64,000 nucleotides of DNA. Origin: Elsinoe ampelina (lineage: Eukaryota). The DNA is taken from NCBI GenBank assembly GCA_010093995.1, contig ML992514.1:1-64000 (forward strand). The letters are read 5' to 3'. Below are positions 34,963 to 48,781 of this stretch, piece after piece (positions within the stretch are counted from its first letter, which is position 1; each line of letters starts with the position of its first letter). Under the pieces are notes generated by a model that had not been told where the DNA came from, searched no databases, and saw only the letters and a program-made list of their open reading frames with translations. A program made the translations under genes and the position numbers.

Positions 34963-35293
34963 GCTTTTCCGCCAGCACGTGAGTTCGACCCGCGTTCGTT
35001 GCATAACACAGGTCCTGGTATGCCAGCCTTTTGGTGGCGAAGTGATGTAGTAACTGTGGGGGATTTGTCGATGAGGAAGTCGAGTAAGCTAGAGGTGAAG
35101 CACATTGATATTGGATATGGCACGTGACCTGGAAAGTCATGCAGGGTCCGAAATCAGAAGTTGCAGCCAAGCACGCAGAGAAGAAATACTGTAAGATCAG
35201 ATCCTCATGTTGAAGTGATTGTTGATTCACAACACTACATATCTCGTACTGGTTTCTCAACGATCAAATGGTATATCCGCCACATTACACAAT

Positions 35294-37174
35294 CTAAGTA
35301 GTCTTCTCCGCCTCAGCAGTAGATGGCCTGTCGACAACCTTGGCATTGGGGTTGTCGTTAACAACAACAGGGTTCTTGCCAACGTACTGAGTGGTCTGCA
35401 ACATGTTCCACTTGTCCTCCTCCTTGTCAAGGTTACGGAAGCAGATCCAGAAGAAGATACCTCCGAGACCGGCCAGGATCGAGACAACAGCGTAGTTCCA
35501 CACAAGCAAAGGATCCTCGGACAGAGCGACCAAAGCCTGAGCGATAGCGCTGGAGAAAGCGTTCATAAGGTAGTTGATGGAGAGAACGAGAGAGCGCATG
35601 TTGGTGGGAGCCTTGGAGAAAGCGTACTCGAGACCGGTGATGGAGGTGAAGATCTCGGAAATACCGATGAAGATGTACGGTAGAGCTTGGACCCAGACAT
35701 TGATGTCGGCGAACAGCACATTGTCCTCCTCATCACGGCAGGTGGCTGCCTGGTTACCGCAAGGGGAGTAGCGGTAGACGTAAACCTGAATGACGCATGC
35801 GGTGATCATGGCAATCGAGGCGAAGATGAAGCCGAAAGCCATACGCTTGATGGGAGTGAAGCGGATACCGGCCTTGCGGAGGGCTGGATAGATGACAAAG
35901 TCGAAGATGGGAATCATGATGACAATCGAGATGGGGTTCAAGTTCTGGATAATATCGTTGGGAACACCATTGAGACGCATGACACTGAACTTCGTTAGCT
36001 TCTGACATGAGCTAGAACATGGGGAAACTCACGCTGCCTGAGATGTCAAGTTTGCAGTCATCTGACCGTAAGCGAGCCAGTAAAGTGGCAAGAAAAGGAA
36101 AACCTTGCATGCCTTGAGACCGCGACGGACCTCATCGACCCAAGCGTCATCGTAAGTCATCCATGATGGGCGATCAGCCGGTGTGTGGTGAGATGGGCGT
36201 GCGACATCCCATGTGAATTCGCGCTTCATCTTTGCAAAGTTGAGCGACCACTTGCCCTTCATTGTATATTTGAACATGGTGAAGAACTTGGAAAGCACGG
36301 ATCCGGTAGGCGGGCTGAGGATGTACTTCTTCTTGCAAACAAGCAGAACAACTGGGGCGACCATGAAGAGAATGGTCGGGAGCATGAAGGACAGCCAGAA
36401 ACCAACATACTTCTCGGCGTAGACCATGCCGATTTGACCAGTCAGGGATCCGACGTTGATGCAAAGGTAGAAGTAAAGGTAGAGGCGGGACGTGGTGATC
36501 GCGGGGTCTACAAGTACACGCTCGCCGGTTTTGGTGGTCTCGATACGCATCTTGGTGTCGGTCTGTTGCTCTCCGACGAGGGGTGCAATGTTGGCCTTGA
36601 AAAAGCCCGTACCAATGCCGAAGATGATCAGGCCGAAAGCGAATACACCAATGGAAGTATTGGGCTTCGCAATGACTGAGGGGGCAGCGCAGACTGTAAG
36701 GATAACGTGACCGAGAATGGCAATACCGATAGCGATGTGGACAGTCTTGTAGCGACCAAGCTTGGCGTCCGCGATCCATGCTCCGAGAAGAGGCATAACG
36801 TATGCCCAGAACTGGTTGAAGGTGGTGAGACCGGTAGAAGCACGCTGTCCGAGACCGAGAGCACCAGGCTGTCCATCGCCAGCAGCCCCCGTCGTGGATC
36901 CCTCAGGAAGTGGCTGCTGGATGAAGTTGACGAAGACGACAGTTGTGCCGTAGTACGAGAAGCGCTCGCAAAGCTCGACAAAGGCAATGGTGTAGGCCAT
37001 CCATGTCAGCTTGCCGGAGACACGACGAAGCGTGTGGAGATCTTCCTTGGTGATGCCCTCTGTCACATCTGATTCTGTGTCCGAGACGACATCCTTCTCA
37101 GTAGCAGCAAATGGCTTCTGAGGCACTTCGGCCTGCGCGATGATCACCGCGTCTTCGTTCTGGAGGGCAGGCAT
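35294..37174 (-). CDS. PTR2: POT/PTR family di/tripeptide transporter, one intron
   Basis: ELCERFSYYG (ExxERFxYYG), GTGFFKAN, FYLCINVGS, GLEYAFSKAP. Confidence 0.95.
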
Positions 37175-38579
37175 GATTGCGTGAATTCAATCACCTGTGA
37201 TTTGAGTGGGAAGGGTAGAAAAGACCTGGGCTTTCCTTCCACGGCAGATCATGGTTTATGAGCAGACACGATCACCAACCTTGAGCATGGCAGCTCGGGC
37301 GTTCCCCCTACCACCCTGTCCTCGATACCACATTGATGGGTCGCTTAATCGGGAAGGTAGAGGGTTACATTTGATAGCGGAGCCCGCGATGCCTCGCAGT
37401 TGGCGGTGGGTGATAGACACACGCGACCAATGGAAACGGCTCATGTCGAGTGGAAACAACGGACCCTCAATCTGCGAATGCACATACGATCTTGGCGACG
37501 ATCTAGCGCATGCCAAGGCCTCGGTTGGTAGCGGTATTGCTGTTCCGCTGGCGGCGTAGGAATGATTAGCACGATGATCGATAGGGATATGATTTGAGAG
37601 TGGCAGATGCGGCGTGGAATATCACGACAAGGTCATGCCGCGACCAAAATACCGCAATACTGATCGCTTTCTCGAATGAGAGGCGGCGGGTGAGGTTTGC
37701 GGCGAGAGAAAAAAGCTGGCTCCTCCGGGAGCTTCGCCCCTTGGCAGCGGAACCCTCCCCAACTAGCTTTTCTTCGACCAATGCGTCGAGGCAAGCTTAT
37801 CCGGCATGGCGTCAAGCCCAACTTCTTTTTATGTTCAAGATGCATTTCTTGTCTCCTGCGGCTCTTGGAAGGTGAAGCTTTGGGCGCGTCTTGAAATTGC
37901 TTCGTCGCAGAGGCAAGCCATTTCGCCAAAAATCGTCTCCACAGCGGAAACGACGACCACACTTGATGCGGTGTCGGGAAAGTCAAGAATGGTCTGTTTT
38001 GAGGGCTACAATCTTCTGGAGCAACATCCAGGATTTGATGCATCGAAGACTTTACCTTTTTCCAGAAGCTTTGCTCCCTGCTCACGCGCACCAGTCTACG
38101 CCGTTTCCATGCATGACATGGTGACGGCCGAATGTCGATCATCTCTGGGCGCGCAATTATGTTACTAAAGGTTTCATTTTTGGTATCGGGCTGAATAGAC
38201 CTGTGTCAATTGGCCAAACATGATTCCGCAGAACGTTGGTGGTGATGATAGCAGAATTTGATCTTGAATTGCTGAAGGGTATTGGTGACCCTGCATTCGC
38301 CAACCCGCTTTTCGGCCGGGTCGCCATGTGGGTGGGACATATCTCAGTCTGGTGGGTCAACCTGATCGGTCGGTTGACCATCAATCGCAGCGGTACACTC
38401 CCTGCACGATGTTGCTATCCTCTCGGCCAGCTCCGAGCAGAGGCCCTAATATTGCCTGTCTGACCAGAGAATGACGGCTGTGTTCCCGTCGTCGCATCCT
38501 CGGAGCGGGAGACGGCGTAGATCAGCTTGGCAGCTGTGGGAATGCCCGTAGATGATTCTCACGGTTGAATCGATACACC

Positions 38580-39211
38580 TTAGAACCGCCTCGCCTGCAA
38601 AAAGGCCTCTATCTCTTGCTTCACGTGCCCTTTGACAATGACCTGCCGTGTCAACGAGTTGATCGTACAGTCCTCCTTCTTCAGCTTGAACTCTGATTGT
38701 ACTGCATCTCTCAGTGCTTCGAGATTGCCGTCGATCTTTCGTATCCTGGTCAACTTCTTGTTTCCTCCGGCTTTGTGGAATTGGTATACGGGTAGCTCAT
38801 TCGAAGGTGTTCGCGTGACGAAGTATGGCAATTGCGGAGCGCATTGTGTCTCCGGTAGAGGATCTGTAGGCTCTGTTCGTACATTGTTGCGTTGTGACAC
38901 CTGTTGGTCTGGGTAGTTCTTGATTCGTGTGGGTTGCGATGTTCGATGAGATGCCCGAGATTCCTTCGGACGAGGTTGTGATTTCAAGGATGGTGGAGGA
39001 TACGATTTGGGCGCCGTCCTCGAGGCAACGAGATTCGGATCTTCTGTTACTGCCCGTCATCAGCGTGTGGTCTATACTCGTCATCTCTTGGCCGCGTACC
39101 TTTAGTATGCGCTGATGTGCTTTGCAGCCGTCTGAGAAAGCTATGAACTGTGACAGGGCGTGGAGCCGGAAGTGGCATCAAGAGTGACAGTAGCGACCTT
39201 GACTGAGCCAT
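38580..39211 (-). CDS. IMG2: Mitochondrial ribosomal protein mL49 (Img2), one intron
   Basis: Presequence-like MAQSRSLLSLL..; YFVTRTPSNELPVY..GGNKKLTRIRKIDG..VIVKGH. Confidence 0.88.
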
Positions 39212-39413
39212 CGTGTAAGCTATCCCAAGAATTTGACCAGTGTTTGCGATGTGCTGTCGAGACTGTCATCAATGGGCACAGAGCCTCTGAAGAACAATTT
39301 TAGGGTTGATCCTCGGCTGAACGTTCGACGACGCCAGTCGCGAAAATCCTCAAAGTGCGAACTACACCAGATCATTCACCCCGCCAGCGTTACTACACAC
39401 AAATACCGCAGAC

Positions 39414-40829
39414 ATGGCCGACTCGAACGGCTCCCAGGACGTGTCAAAGGATCACAGCATTCTCTCCAACCTGATCCCTCACCTTGACCGACACCTGGTA
39501 TTCCCTTTGATCAACTTTCTCGAAGAAGAAGATGAAGAACCACAACCGGAATTGGCCAAGCTCAAATTTGAGTTGCTTAAATCGACAAATATGATCGACT
39601 TTGTTGGCGATCTCGACGCGCAGATTCACGGCTTGGACCAGCGACCACAGCAGTACGAGAAGAAGCGGGAGGAAGTGTTGAAGAAGAGGGACACCCTACA
39701 GGACGCCTGTGCCAATATCCAGGACTTGTTGGGCGAAGAGAGCGTGATCAACAATCTTAGGAGCGACAAGGTGGCCAACTTGAACTACTTGAAGGAGAAC
39801 CACGGAGTCACGACGGAAATGGTGGATGCGCTGTATGATTTTGGTTGGTTCCAATACAGCTGCGGAAGCTATCCCGAGGCGTCTGAACTTCTCTATCAGT
39901 TCCGTATTCTGGTGAGCTGGCAACAATGGAGAGAGGCCTGAACATCTACTAATACTGTACAGAGCACAGACAACGACAAGGTTGCTTCGGCAAACTGGGG
40001 GAAGCTGGCAGCAGACATTTTGAGCACCAACTGGGAGTCAGCGCTTGAAGAGGTGAACAAGGTTCGCGAACTCATTGATACCCGACTCTTCAACAACCCC
40101 CTTGCACAACTCGAGCAACGGACATGGCTCATCCACTGGGCTCTCTTCCCCTTCTTCAACAACGAGGCTGCTCGGGATCAATTGACCGAGCTCTTCTTCT
40201 CGCCCACCTTCATCAATACAATTCAGACATCCTGCCCATGGATTCTTCGATACCTTACAGCCGCCGTCATCACAAACCGCAACCGACCTGTTGGCCGCAA
40301 CAGCACCAGCACATATCAAAAGCAGTTGAAGGATTTGATCAGGATTGTGAGACAAGAAGGATACGAGTACAGCGACCCAGTAACAAGCTTTGTCAAAGCT
40401 CTCTATGTCGATTTCGATTTTGAGGAAGCGCAGAAGAGACTGGTAGAAGCGGACGACATCTTGCACAGCGATTTCTTCCTGTCGTCAGCCGCAGATACCT
40501 TCAAGGATGCTGCGAGGCACTTGATCTCCGAGAGCTACTGCCGGATACACCAGAGGATTGACATCAAGTGAGTTGTGATTAAGATATCATGACTACTCGA
40601 TGCTAATAATTGCAGGGATCTATCAACCCGTCTCGGCCTGTCACAAGACGAGGGTGAGAAGTGGATCGTCAATCTGATCCGAGACACTCGTGTCGATGCA
40701 AAGATCGACTACAAGGAGGGCACAGTGGTCATGAACCACCCGCCGCAATCGGTGTACCAGCAAGTGATCGAGAGGACGAAGGGCGGTTTCTTTAGGACAC
40801 AGGTGTTGAGTGCAGCTGTGGCACGGTAG
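39414..40829 (+). CDS. INT6: Translation initiation factor 3 subunit E, 2 introns
   Basis: [32 protein letters not shown]-domain end [18 protein letters not shown]. Confidence 0.95.
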
Positions 40830-41182
40830 TGGGAGCATGAGAGTGCGCATGAGAACGCACATTGGTCATAGCCAGGCGTTCAGGTGGGCAAAATGACATC
40901 GGAGATGTAGTCAAGGAGAAGCGCAAGGGCTTCATAGACAGCAGACGTAAAGTCTTTTGATGAATATCATATGATGAACTCCGTGCATTATATCTTACTT
41001 CAGCGTGTTGCCATAATCATGCAAAACCCAACGGGTCCATCATCCCATTCTGCATTTCATGTAGTGAATCATTCTTCAAGGGTTTGCCACGACCTCGAAC
41101 GCCACTCCGCAGCGACTGACTTTCATAATACCATCAACGACATTTCTGCTCTCCTCCACCTCTATCCTTGACGAAGACAATC

Positions 41183-41796
41183 ATGTCAGCATCATTAGCA
41201 CCAGAATGCAACGACGTAAAAGAGTAAGCTCGGCCACTTCCCGTATCGTTAAGTCAGAACACCATCCTCGCACACTCACCAGCCAGCGCAGGCGTCAACT
41301 CCACGTCAATACAACCCGCCTCATTCTACAATCGTAACAATTACTTTCGCCATCACTAACAACAGTCGTAGACGCTATGATTCCTGCTTCCTCAAATGGT
41401 ACAGCGAAAGTACGTACTACCCCCCTGCCTCGCCCGAGACGACAAGCTTTCTTCTCCCCCTCGTACAAACCCAAAGCAGATACTGATAGGCTTCAGAATT
41501 CCTCCGCGGCACAGCAAAAGAAGACGAATGCGAGCCTCTCTTCAAGCAGTACAAGACGTGTCTAAGCGTATGTCCAAGTTCCCACTTCCTCTCTATCAGA
41601 AAATGCCGCACCTTGACCCTTCCATCATCATCATCTGTCTGCATCTCTCTTTGCCCTTGATGTACCACATCTACCCCATCTGCATGCTGACTTGCTCAAG
41701 GCAGCTCTCAAGGAGCGAGGCATAGACAAGATGCTCGATGAAGCGCGGGCGGATAACGCGGAGAATGATGTCGAGAATATGAAGCCTCAGAGCTGA
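41183..41796 (+). CDS. MDM35: Mdm35/TRIAP1 twin CX9C protein, 4 exons
   Basis: MSASLAPECNDVKERYDSCFLKWYSE.FLRG..ECEPLFKQYKTCL..ALKERGI. Confidence 0.93.
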
Positions 41797-42410
41797 TGGA
41801 TTGGATGTGTATTGCACGGGGGTAATCTGCTGGGCTGGATCTCTCTGCTCGCTTTCCTCTTGACTAGCGAGGATTTGTATTTTATGGATGTCTCTACTCT
41901 TGAATATCGGATGGCCCTGGCCGGGACGTCAGGGAGGCGCTGAAGCGGGTGGGAAAGGGAGGAGTGGTGGCGGGAATGGAGTGGGTAAAGGAGGGTTTGC
42001 TATATGCTAGTCGCCATGGACTCGTCCGAGCAGGGTCGGGTTACGATAGGTGTGAGCATGTGCAGGGAATGGTGGCGAGTGCTAGCGATACACCTTCACC
42101 TGCTGGAGATCCGATGTACAACATGTAGCTATGATGGTCTTCAGACAGAAATGCAAGAGTTCATGCCCGTACTACACGATAATTGAGTCAAACTATTGCG
42201 CACATGCATGCTCCTCTGCATCACGCGACATGTCTTCACCAAAGTCTCTTGAATTAACCGCAAATGGGGTAGTAAAGTATACACATGTCCATTATCAATA
42301 TCCACATTTCACCCATCACCCAGCCCACTGCGCCAGGCATGATCCCCACCTCTCCCAAACCAAAGACAACCCCAACACCACGCTTGTAAAACAATTCTCC
42401 CTTCTGTACC

Positions 42411-43991
42411 TCAATCTCTATCAACATCCAAATTCCACTTACCCAAATTAACCTGGCTCTTAATGGCCACGTCCATCGCCCTCATAAACCTCTCCTCATT
42501 CACCCTGACCGGCGGTCTCCTCCAATCTCCCTCCTCATCCTCCTCCGCCTTGGTACCGTGCAGACTAAAATACCGATGTCCCATCAATTGCGCCATATTT
42601 CTGAACCCTCTGTGCCAGAAGTCTGGCGGGATGAATTCCACCACGGCCTTGCGTTTGTCCATGAACATGAGCCCGGTGAGACCGGCGCCGTGGGTACCGA
42701 CCAGCACGTCGGTTTGGCGGTAAATGGCGAGGGAGTCGGCGAAGGAAGTGGCGGCGAGGTCGAGGAGGTTGAAGTTGATGCTGGGATACTTAGCTTTGAG
42801 GAGTTCGAGAAAGTGCTCGAGGTCGGGGAGTTGGCGGGTTTTTTTACGGTCGAGGATGGTGACGGTGAGTTTGTCGGAGGGTTCGGGGGCGTCGATGTGG
42901 AGATGGCGGAAGACGCGGCGGGTGAAGGCATCGAGGAGGGTGCTGTTGGTGCAGTCGAGCGTGTGCCAGTCGCCTTCCCAGAGGGGGTTGGTGTGGCCTG
43001 GAAGGGGGATGATGACACGGTCGAAGCAAGTGGTTTCGAGGTCCAGGTCTTCTATGTGGATGCTGGGTTTGGAGGAGTAGAGGGACCAGAGATCGGCGTA
43101 GGGACCGGGTGCAACTTCATCGGTCCAGAGAACTTGGAGGTCTTTGGAGTCTTCGCGTTCGAGGAAGAAGGGTTCGTTGTCGTCGTCGCGGGAGATGGAG
43201 AGGATATCGAGGGAGAGGTAGTATGCCATAACTTCCATCAGGGAGTGCCACATGTTGGCGCCCGTGTCGCGCATGAACAATACGGCGGTGGATTTCTCGG
43301 ACCGCCGCTTGTCTTTGCTGCCGCATTGTAGTGTGTGAATCTTGCTCTTGACTGTCTCCTCAGTGCTGAATTGAACATGGTTGTCCAGAATCTTCCGTAC
43401 GCCAGTCCAGTACATGTATTCTGGAAAGCTCGCAATTTCGGCCTTTTTCTCTTCCGAAGGTTTGCATGACATTTGAAGCTTGCCCTCGGTGACTGTCACA
43501 CCTTGGGCAACGCAAAAGTAGTCAAATGGGTGTGGAGCGTACTCTCCTCTCGCGCCGTAGAAACATTGCAATGACGAGTCGCCTTCTGTGCAGTATTCTG
43601 TGTGATTCGAGGCGTATCTCTTCAAGAAGTCGACACCATATCTGTCTTCGCAAAAGTCGTTGCGGGGTGGTGGACCGTAGTCTTCAGGGAAGATGACATC
43701 GATTGTCGTGGGTGTTGGGGTGGCGGTGACGGTGACAGGCGTTGGATCTGAAGGTAATGAAGGGCCATAGTCTGATTCAGAGTCGTCAGAGGGAAGTCGT
43801 CCTTTGCCCTCTACTTCAGCATACTGAAAGCCAGGAGTTGGTTTCGACCATGTCGAGTGCAGATGCGGGCCAGCCGGTGCACCATTATGACCTGATCTTA
43901 TCTGTACATATAGGAAAAGAGCTGTACACGTAGCGGCAGTGATGACAAAGAATTTTGTGCGTTGCTTCGTAGAAGGTCGTGTAAAGAGCAT
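42411..43991 (-). CDS. Glycosyltransferase family 61 (EOGT-like/DUF563) type II membrane protein
   Basis: N-terminal TM anchor, NMWHSLME, DVLVGTHGAGLT..FM, FRNMAQLMG. Confidence 0.85.
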   Translation of the reverse strand: MLFTRPSTKQRTKFFVITAATCTALFLYVQIRSGHNGAPAGPHLHSTWSKPTPGFQYAEVEGKGRLPSDDSESDYGPSLPSDPTPVTVTATPTPTTIDVIFPEDYGPPPRNDFCEDRYGVDFLKRYASNHTEYCTEGDSSLQCFYGARGEYAPHPFDYFCVAQGVTVTEGKLQMSCKPSEEKKAEIASFPEYMYWTGVRKILDNHVQFSTEETVKSKIHTLQCGSKDKRRSEKSTAVLFMRDTGANMWHSLMEVMAYYLSLDILSISRDDDNEPFFLEREDSKDLQVLWTDEVAPGPYADLWSLYSSKPSIHIEDLDLETTCFDRVIIPLPGHTNPLWEGDWHTLDCTNSTLLDAFTRRVFRHLHIDAPEPSDKLTVTILDRKKTRQLPDLEHFLELLKAKYPSINFNLLDLAATSFADSLAIYRQTDVLVGTHGAGLTGLMFMDKRKAVVEFIPPDFWHRGFRNMAQLMGHRYFSLHGTKAEEDEEGDWRRPPVRVNEERFMRAMDVAIKSQVNLGKWNLDVDRD

Positions 43992-44320
43992 GGCGGCGTT
44001 GACGCCGTTGCATGCGATCTGACACGGCGCGGGGAGGAATGTCTTTGTCGCAATGGAGTGATGGTTTGTGGTAGCGTTGTATGGCAATTAGACCTGTACA
44101 ATGTATACGTAGGATCCGTTTAAAGAGTGGCTGTGGTGAGAAGTGAGAAGACGTGTACAATGCGTGGAGTTGTGCGCCGTGAGAAAAGGTTGAAGGAGAC
44201 GCTCAATGTCATGAGCCTCCGTAATGCAAGCATGGTCGGAAGATTCGGGGTCGGGCATTCCCATTGGACAGAGGAGAGACAAGCCTCACGCAGTCTTCTA
44301 CGTTCGCTGCGACCGGGACA

Positions 44321-45993
44321 GACCAAGGGACGAATGTGGCCAAGGCTCACTTTCAGAAATCCTGGCGCACGGGCCCGCCAAGCTGTACCGGCTTTACCAC
44401 TTTTTGTATACAGACAATACATCTTCATGGGCTGCGCTCAATTCTTATTGTATGAAGCTGTAATTAAGGTGGTGAATAGCTATACTATTGAATTGAAGGT
44501 GTAAGTGCTTAATAGTTAGTACTTTTACCGTTACGTTGCTACAGCTAGTATACTCTATCCGGCATCTCCTCTACTAGCTTATCTATCTAATCCTGCGGTA
44601 TATCCTCCTATTCTTCTTAAATGAAGCGTTTTAGCTCTTTATTAGTTGTTAGTATACGTTGCTTAATACGCTACTTAACTCTTTACTAGCAGTTCTTAAT
44701 AATAGTTATATTAGGTAATTTAGCGCAATTAGCGTAATATTAGAAGCCTAGTAGTAAGTCTTTATATAGCTTGACTAGATTGTAGGTTAATCGAGTGCCG
44801 TAAGCGCTATTATTGTCTTCTTCTAGTATAAAGGCTTTCTTCTTAAACTATGTATTATCCTAGTACTTCTTAATATAGGGGATAAAGATGCTATAAAGAT
44901 AGGTAAACTAATCGAGGTTGCTACTAATAGTAAGTACTAAGGGTTGCTTCTTATAGTAGTTGTGTTTATAACTCGTCTTATCTTTACACTAGTACTTATA
45001 GCTAGGCTATAAGTCGTTTAATAGGCGTAACTTAGCTTCCTCTGTCTTAAGAATAGCCCCTAAAGGCTAAGGGTTAATATCGATAAGGTCGGCCTCTAGT
45101 ATAGCCTTTTACTTGTTAATTATCTTTAGTAGTAGTAAATTAGAGTAGAATACAAGCTCTAACTTAAAGCTATAGCTAACTATCCTCTAGATATGTACTG
45201 TCGTCTTTATAGTCTTCTTTTTAAACTAGATCTTATTTAGGTCGTTCCTCTAGCCTTAGTAGCGATAGATTATAGTAGTAGCTCTTAAGTTACGGTGAAA
45301 ATAAGACTTATTAGTAAATCTAACACTTTTCTAGAAGTCTAAGTCTTTATAGTAGTAGATTTTAGCCTACGCTTTACAAGCTGCTATATTCTTAGCCTTT
45401 AGCTAGCCCTTCTATTTAGCCTTAAACTTAAAGATACTATAGCCTCGTATAGCTCTATATAGTGTCTAAGGGTTAATATCTAGATAGAATAAGTCTACTA
45501 GCTGCTAGTAAGTCTTTTTAGCGTTACTAAAGCTACTATCGATAAAGCGCTAGATATAATAGAGTAGATAGTTATTAATAATAGAGGTTCTTCTAGGCCG
45601 CTTAGATCTAGACCTCCGAGCTAATCTAGTAAGTATCTACTATATAGAACGCTTAGGAACCTTTATTATATATAATATCTAGCTTATAGGGAATTTAGTG
45701 CATCTAGGTGGTAGTAGTGCTACTCTAAGGGCGTAACAGCTAGCGCGGATTAGAGTAGGCCACTTGTGCCCCTTAGTATACTTCTAATTAGCCTCTAGAG
45801 TTAGCGTACGTAAATTGGAATAAGGTAATTCGGCTATGGCGAGTTCATTGGGAAAAAAATCAAAGCAATTGGAGCAAAATTGGTAGTGTTGTAAAGGTGT
45901 GCAATTTGGTGGTGGAATCTTGGTGTGCCACGACTAAAAAAATTGAGCCTTGGGCATTCTTGTGCGCCTTCTTCGCTTCCAAGTCCCTTGGTC
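44321..45993 (-). mobile_element. RIP-inactivated Tc1-like DDE transposon (RIP core about 44440-45835; termini tentative)
   Basis: TpA-rich block. Minus-strand relics VRFTNKSYF, EDNNSAYG..ANCAKLPNITIIKNC* and LVEEMPDRV..NGKSTNY* can be back-mutated to FTDESHF, EDNDSAHG..SPD..IENCW and the Tc1 C-terminal motif. Inverted GACCAAGGGAC at 44321 and 45993. Confidence 0.8.
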
Positions 45994-47012
45994 CAAACGA
46001 GCTTGGAGCCAATCCGGCATGGTGAGACAAATCCTGTGCATCCATGCATTGGCTGCTATGACCGTCGGTACAGACATTATCTTCGCTGACTCTGCATTGT
46101 CGCAGGTGAGCAATCACTCTCAATCGTGCCCAGCAGAGACATTCTGTTGCTTGCTAGGCCAGCTACTCCACCCTTGCACACTGCTCTCCCGCCATGGATC
46201 AGCCTTGTCACCCTGCTGCAGGACCTTATGTTAACGCTGTCTTCCGGATCTCACCCCGTGCCGGACCCACCGAGTCGTCACGAGTGGACTCGACTTGACG
46301 CGACGTCAAATCTCCACATGTCTCTTTACAGCGTGTCCTCTCTCATGAGTAAAATACTCCTTCTCAATTTGCGACCCGTAGACATGTTCGACGATGATAC
46401 GGGTCCTGATCAAGACGTCAGGCCCTTCACGACATCCTAGACCGTGGACGCTTGATCCTACTAGTATGACCGGCAGGATCATTTTTCAAGACTCTGTATT
46501 GAGCGACATGCTCTCACCATCTCTAGATCTATGCCGACCACCAGAATGGCCTGTCTCCCACGCGAAGCAGGTCGATATGATTTCTTTATTTCAGGCAATG
46601 ATTTCGAGACACTGCAAATGCATCACATGTGCCTGTTTGACAAGCTTTGCCCAACTTGGACGACATTTCAGCCGCACCGGTCAAGAAGGGCTTCTTTCAC
46701 AGCTCGGCGCTACCTCTCGCGCGATCAGTCTGAATTGAAGATACTTCTCACACGGCGTTCGTGACACCTCGAAAGTACTCGTGATGAATAGCTCAGCTTG
46801 TGCAAACTAGTCCAGAACAGGCTCGAGCTGCTCTACAACCACGACGAATAGATTGGAAGCAATCTATTTCGTCTAGGCTGTGTAGGTTGGTACATCTCCA
46901 TGCATCTCTTCAATTTCTTCATCGGTCCTCGCTGTTTTTCTTGAACAAAGTGACTCGAATCAACCAATCCCAGGCAGTATTCAACAAGCGCGCCGCCCCG
47001 CTGCACACCAAG

Positions 47013-48781
47013 ATGCGCAGCATAGTCCTTTCAAGCATTGCGTTGCTTAGAACCACCTATGCCCAAGGTATCCGACAGTGACCATGTCACAACTAGGCAC
47101 AGCTCACAAGTCTATAGGACTAGCTCCAAATTCCTCAACGACCAATGGCCTGCCCGTCAACTCTGCATCACCTACTACATGTAACGAACAATGCTACTAC
47201 TTCTCGTACTATCCCAATTACATGACATGGTCCAAGATGGAAGTGACCGAGACCATCACAGCCGCCACTGTCTACAACATCTTTGATGAGTATTCGAATA
47301 GGACGACTCAGACCACCGAATATGCAGTCTTATCACCAGATATGACGCTACCACCAACCGCTGCAGATGGCCGACAGATCTATACGATACCTTACAGGTC
47401 CGTAGTCAATGGCTCCCTCGTTGTGACAACCAGCGTAAAAACCCTCACGTATCCAAATCCATATTTAAGATACGCAACTTCTGTCGATTACATGGGAGAC
47501 ATACCAACTACAGACTCGACCGGACAACCTACCTGTATCGTTGAAGATGGGTCATATCTGACTCTCCAAACTACCTCAACCCGCGCCATTCAAGTCCCGC
47601 AAATGACACTAGACCCCGACGATCCCCAGGGATATCTGTACGCCATAGTACAAGCGACTGATCGCATCGGAGACGTTGATGTGACGGACTTTTCCAGCTT
47701 CGTGTGGCCAGAGGAAAATGTCTTCAAAACCTGCATCCCGATAGAGTATCCCCATCAGCCACAGTTGCTCTCCACCGCATTGTCCTTGACGGTCACTTCT
47801 GATAAAAGGATTCCATTCATGACGATCCCTGCTCAAGCTGAACCGTCCCGTCCTCCTGGCAAATCCATGGAAGACCCACCTCCATCTCCGACGCCTGATC
47901 CAATTAAGGCCATACCTGCACCAGGAATTTCCCAAGGTGCGGTACGAAATGCAATTGCCATTGGCGATGCCACCTTCATGCCCATTGGATTGAGCGCCGT
48001 CCGCGGTCCTGCTGGCCAGACAATGCACGCTGGAGACGCATTGACTGTTGGTCCCGTCACGCAGCCTACCACCATCGTACTGAGCACAAATGAGGTTGGC
48101 AGCGCTGTCCTTGTGGTTGGAGGATCAAGGACGGTCGATGTCCCAGCTCTGGTACCTAGTAGCCGGATTGTCGCTGGTGGTCACACATTCACACCAACCA
48201 CTGGTCCCCTCCTCGTAGCTGCTGATGGCCACGTTTTGGAGATGGGTTCGACACTTAATTCAGGCGAACTCTCCATGCTTCTGACGACAAACGCTGCCGG
48301 GTCATCGGTCCTCATCTTTAGAGGTTCTGCCACACTCGAGATCCCTGCAAGTCCAACTGGACAGATCGTCTTTGCTGGTCAAACTTTCACAGCAAAGCAG
48401 GGAATGAACTTGGTCGCCGAAGATGGCCAGGTCCTTCAATTGGGTGGCACAGCATATCCTGGACCGGGAACATCAGGAATAGTCCTGACCACCAATGCTG
48501 GCGGGGAAACTGTGCTTATCCATGGAGGGCAGAGCACATTCACAATCCCTCCACAAATTTCGCACAATGTCGCGAGTGCAATCATGAAGGGCATAGGTGG
48601 TGCGATCAGAGCCAATGGCGCGGTCGAGGGATCTACCCAGAACGAACGGACTGGCAAGCCATCAGGAACAGCGACCAGACCACTCGCTTTCACTGGCGCC
48701 GGCAGCTCTTCCCACAGCGTAGCAGTCTGGACGAGCATGATCTGCCTTACTTCTCTGCTGGTCACCGTCGTCATGTTATAG
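47013..48781 (+). CDS. Secreted, putatively GPI-anchored Thr/Pro-rich surface protein (paralogue 1), one intron after the signal peptide
   Basis: MRSIVLSSIALLRTTYAQG|LAPN..; TETITAATVYN; LTTNAxG repeats; FTGAG plus hydrophobic tail. Confidence 0.82.

Noticed and set aside
34981..34991. B-box-like GAGTTCGACCC
   Set aside because: No A box or cloverleaf nearby; not a tRNA.
41360..41371. Tandem in-frame acceptors (CAG, then TAG 6 nt later) in MDM35 intron 1
   Set aside because: The distal TAG gives the conserved ERYD sequence; alternative use cannot be shown from sequence alone.
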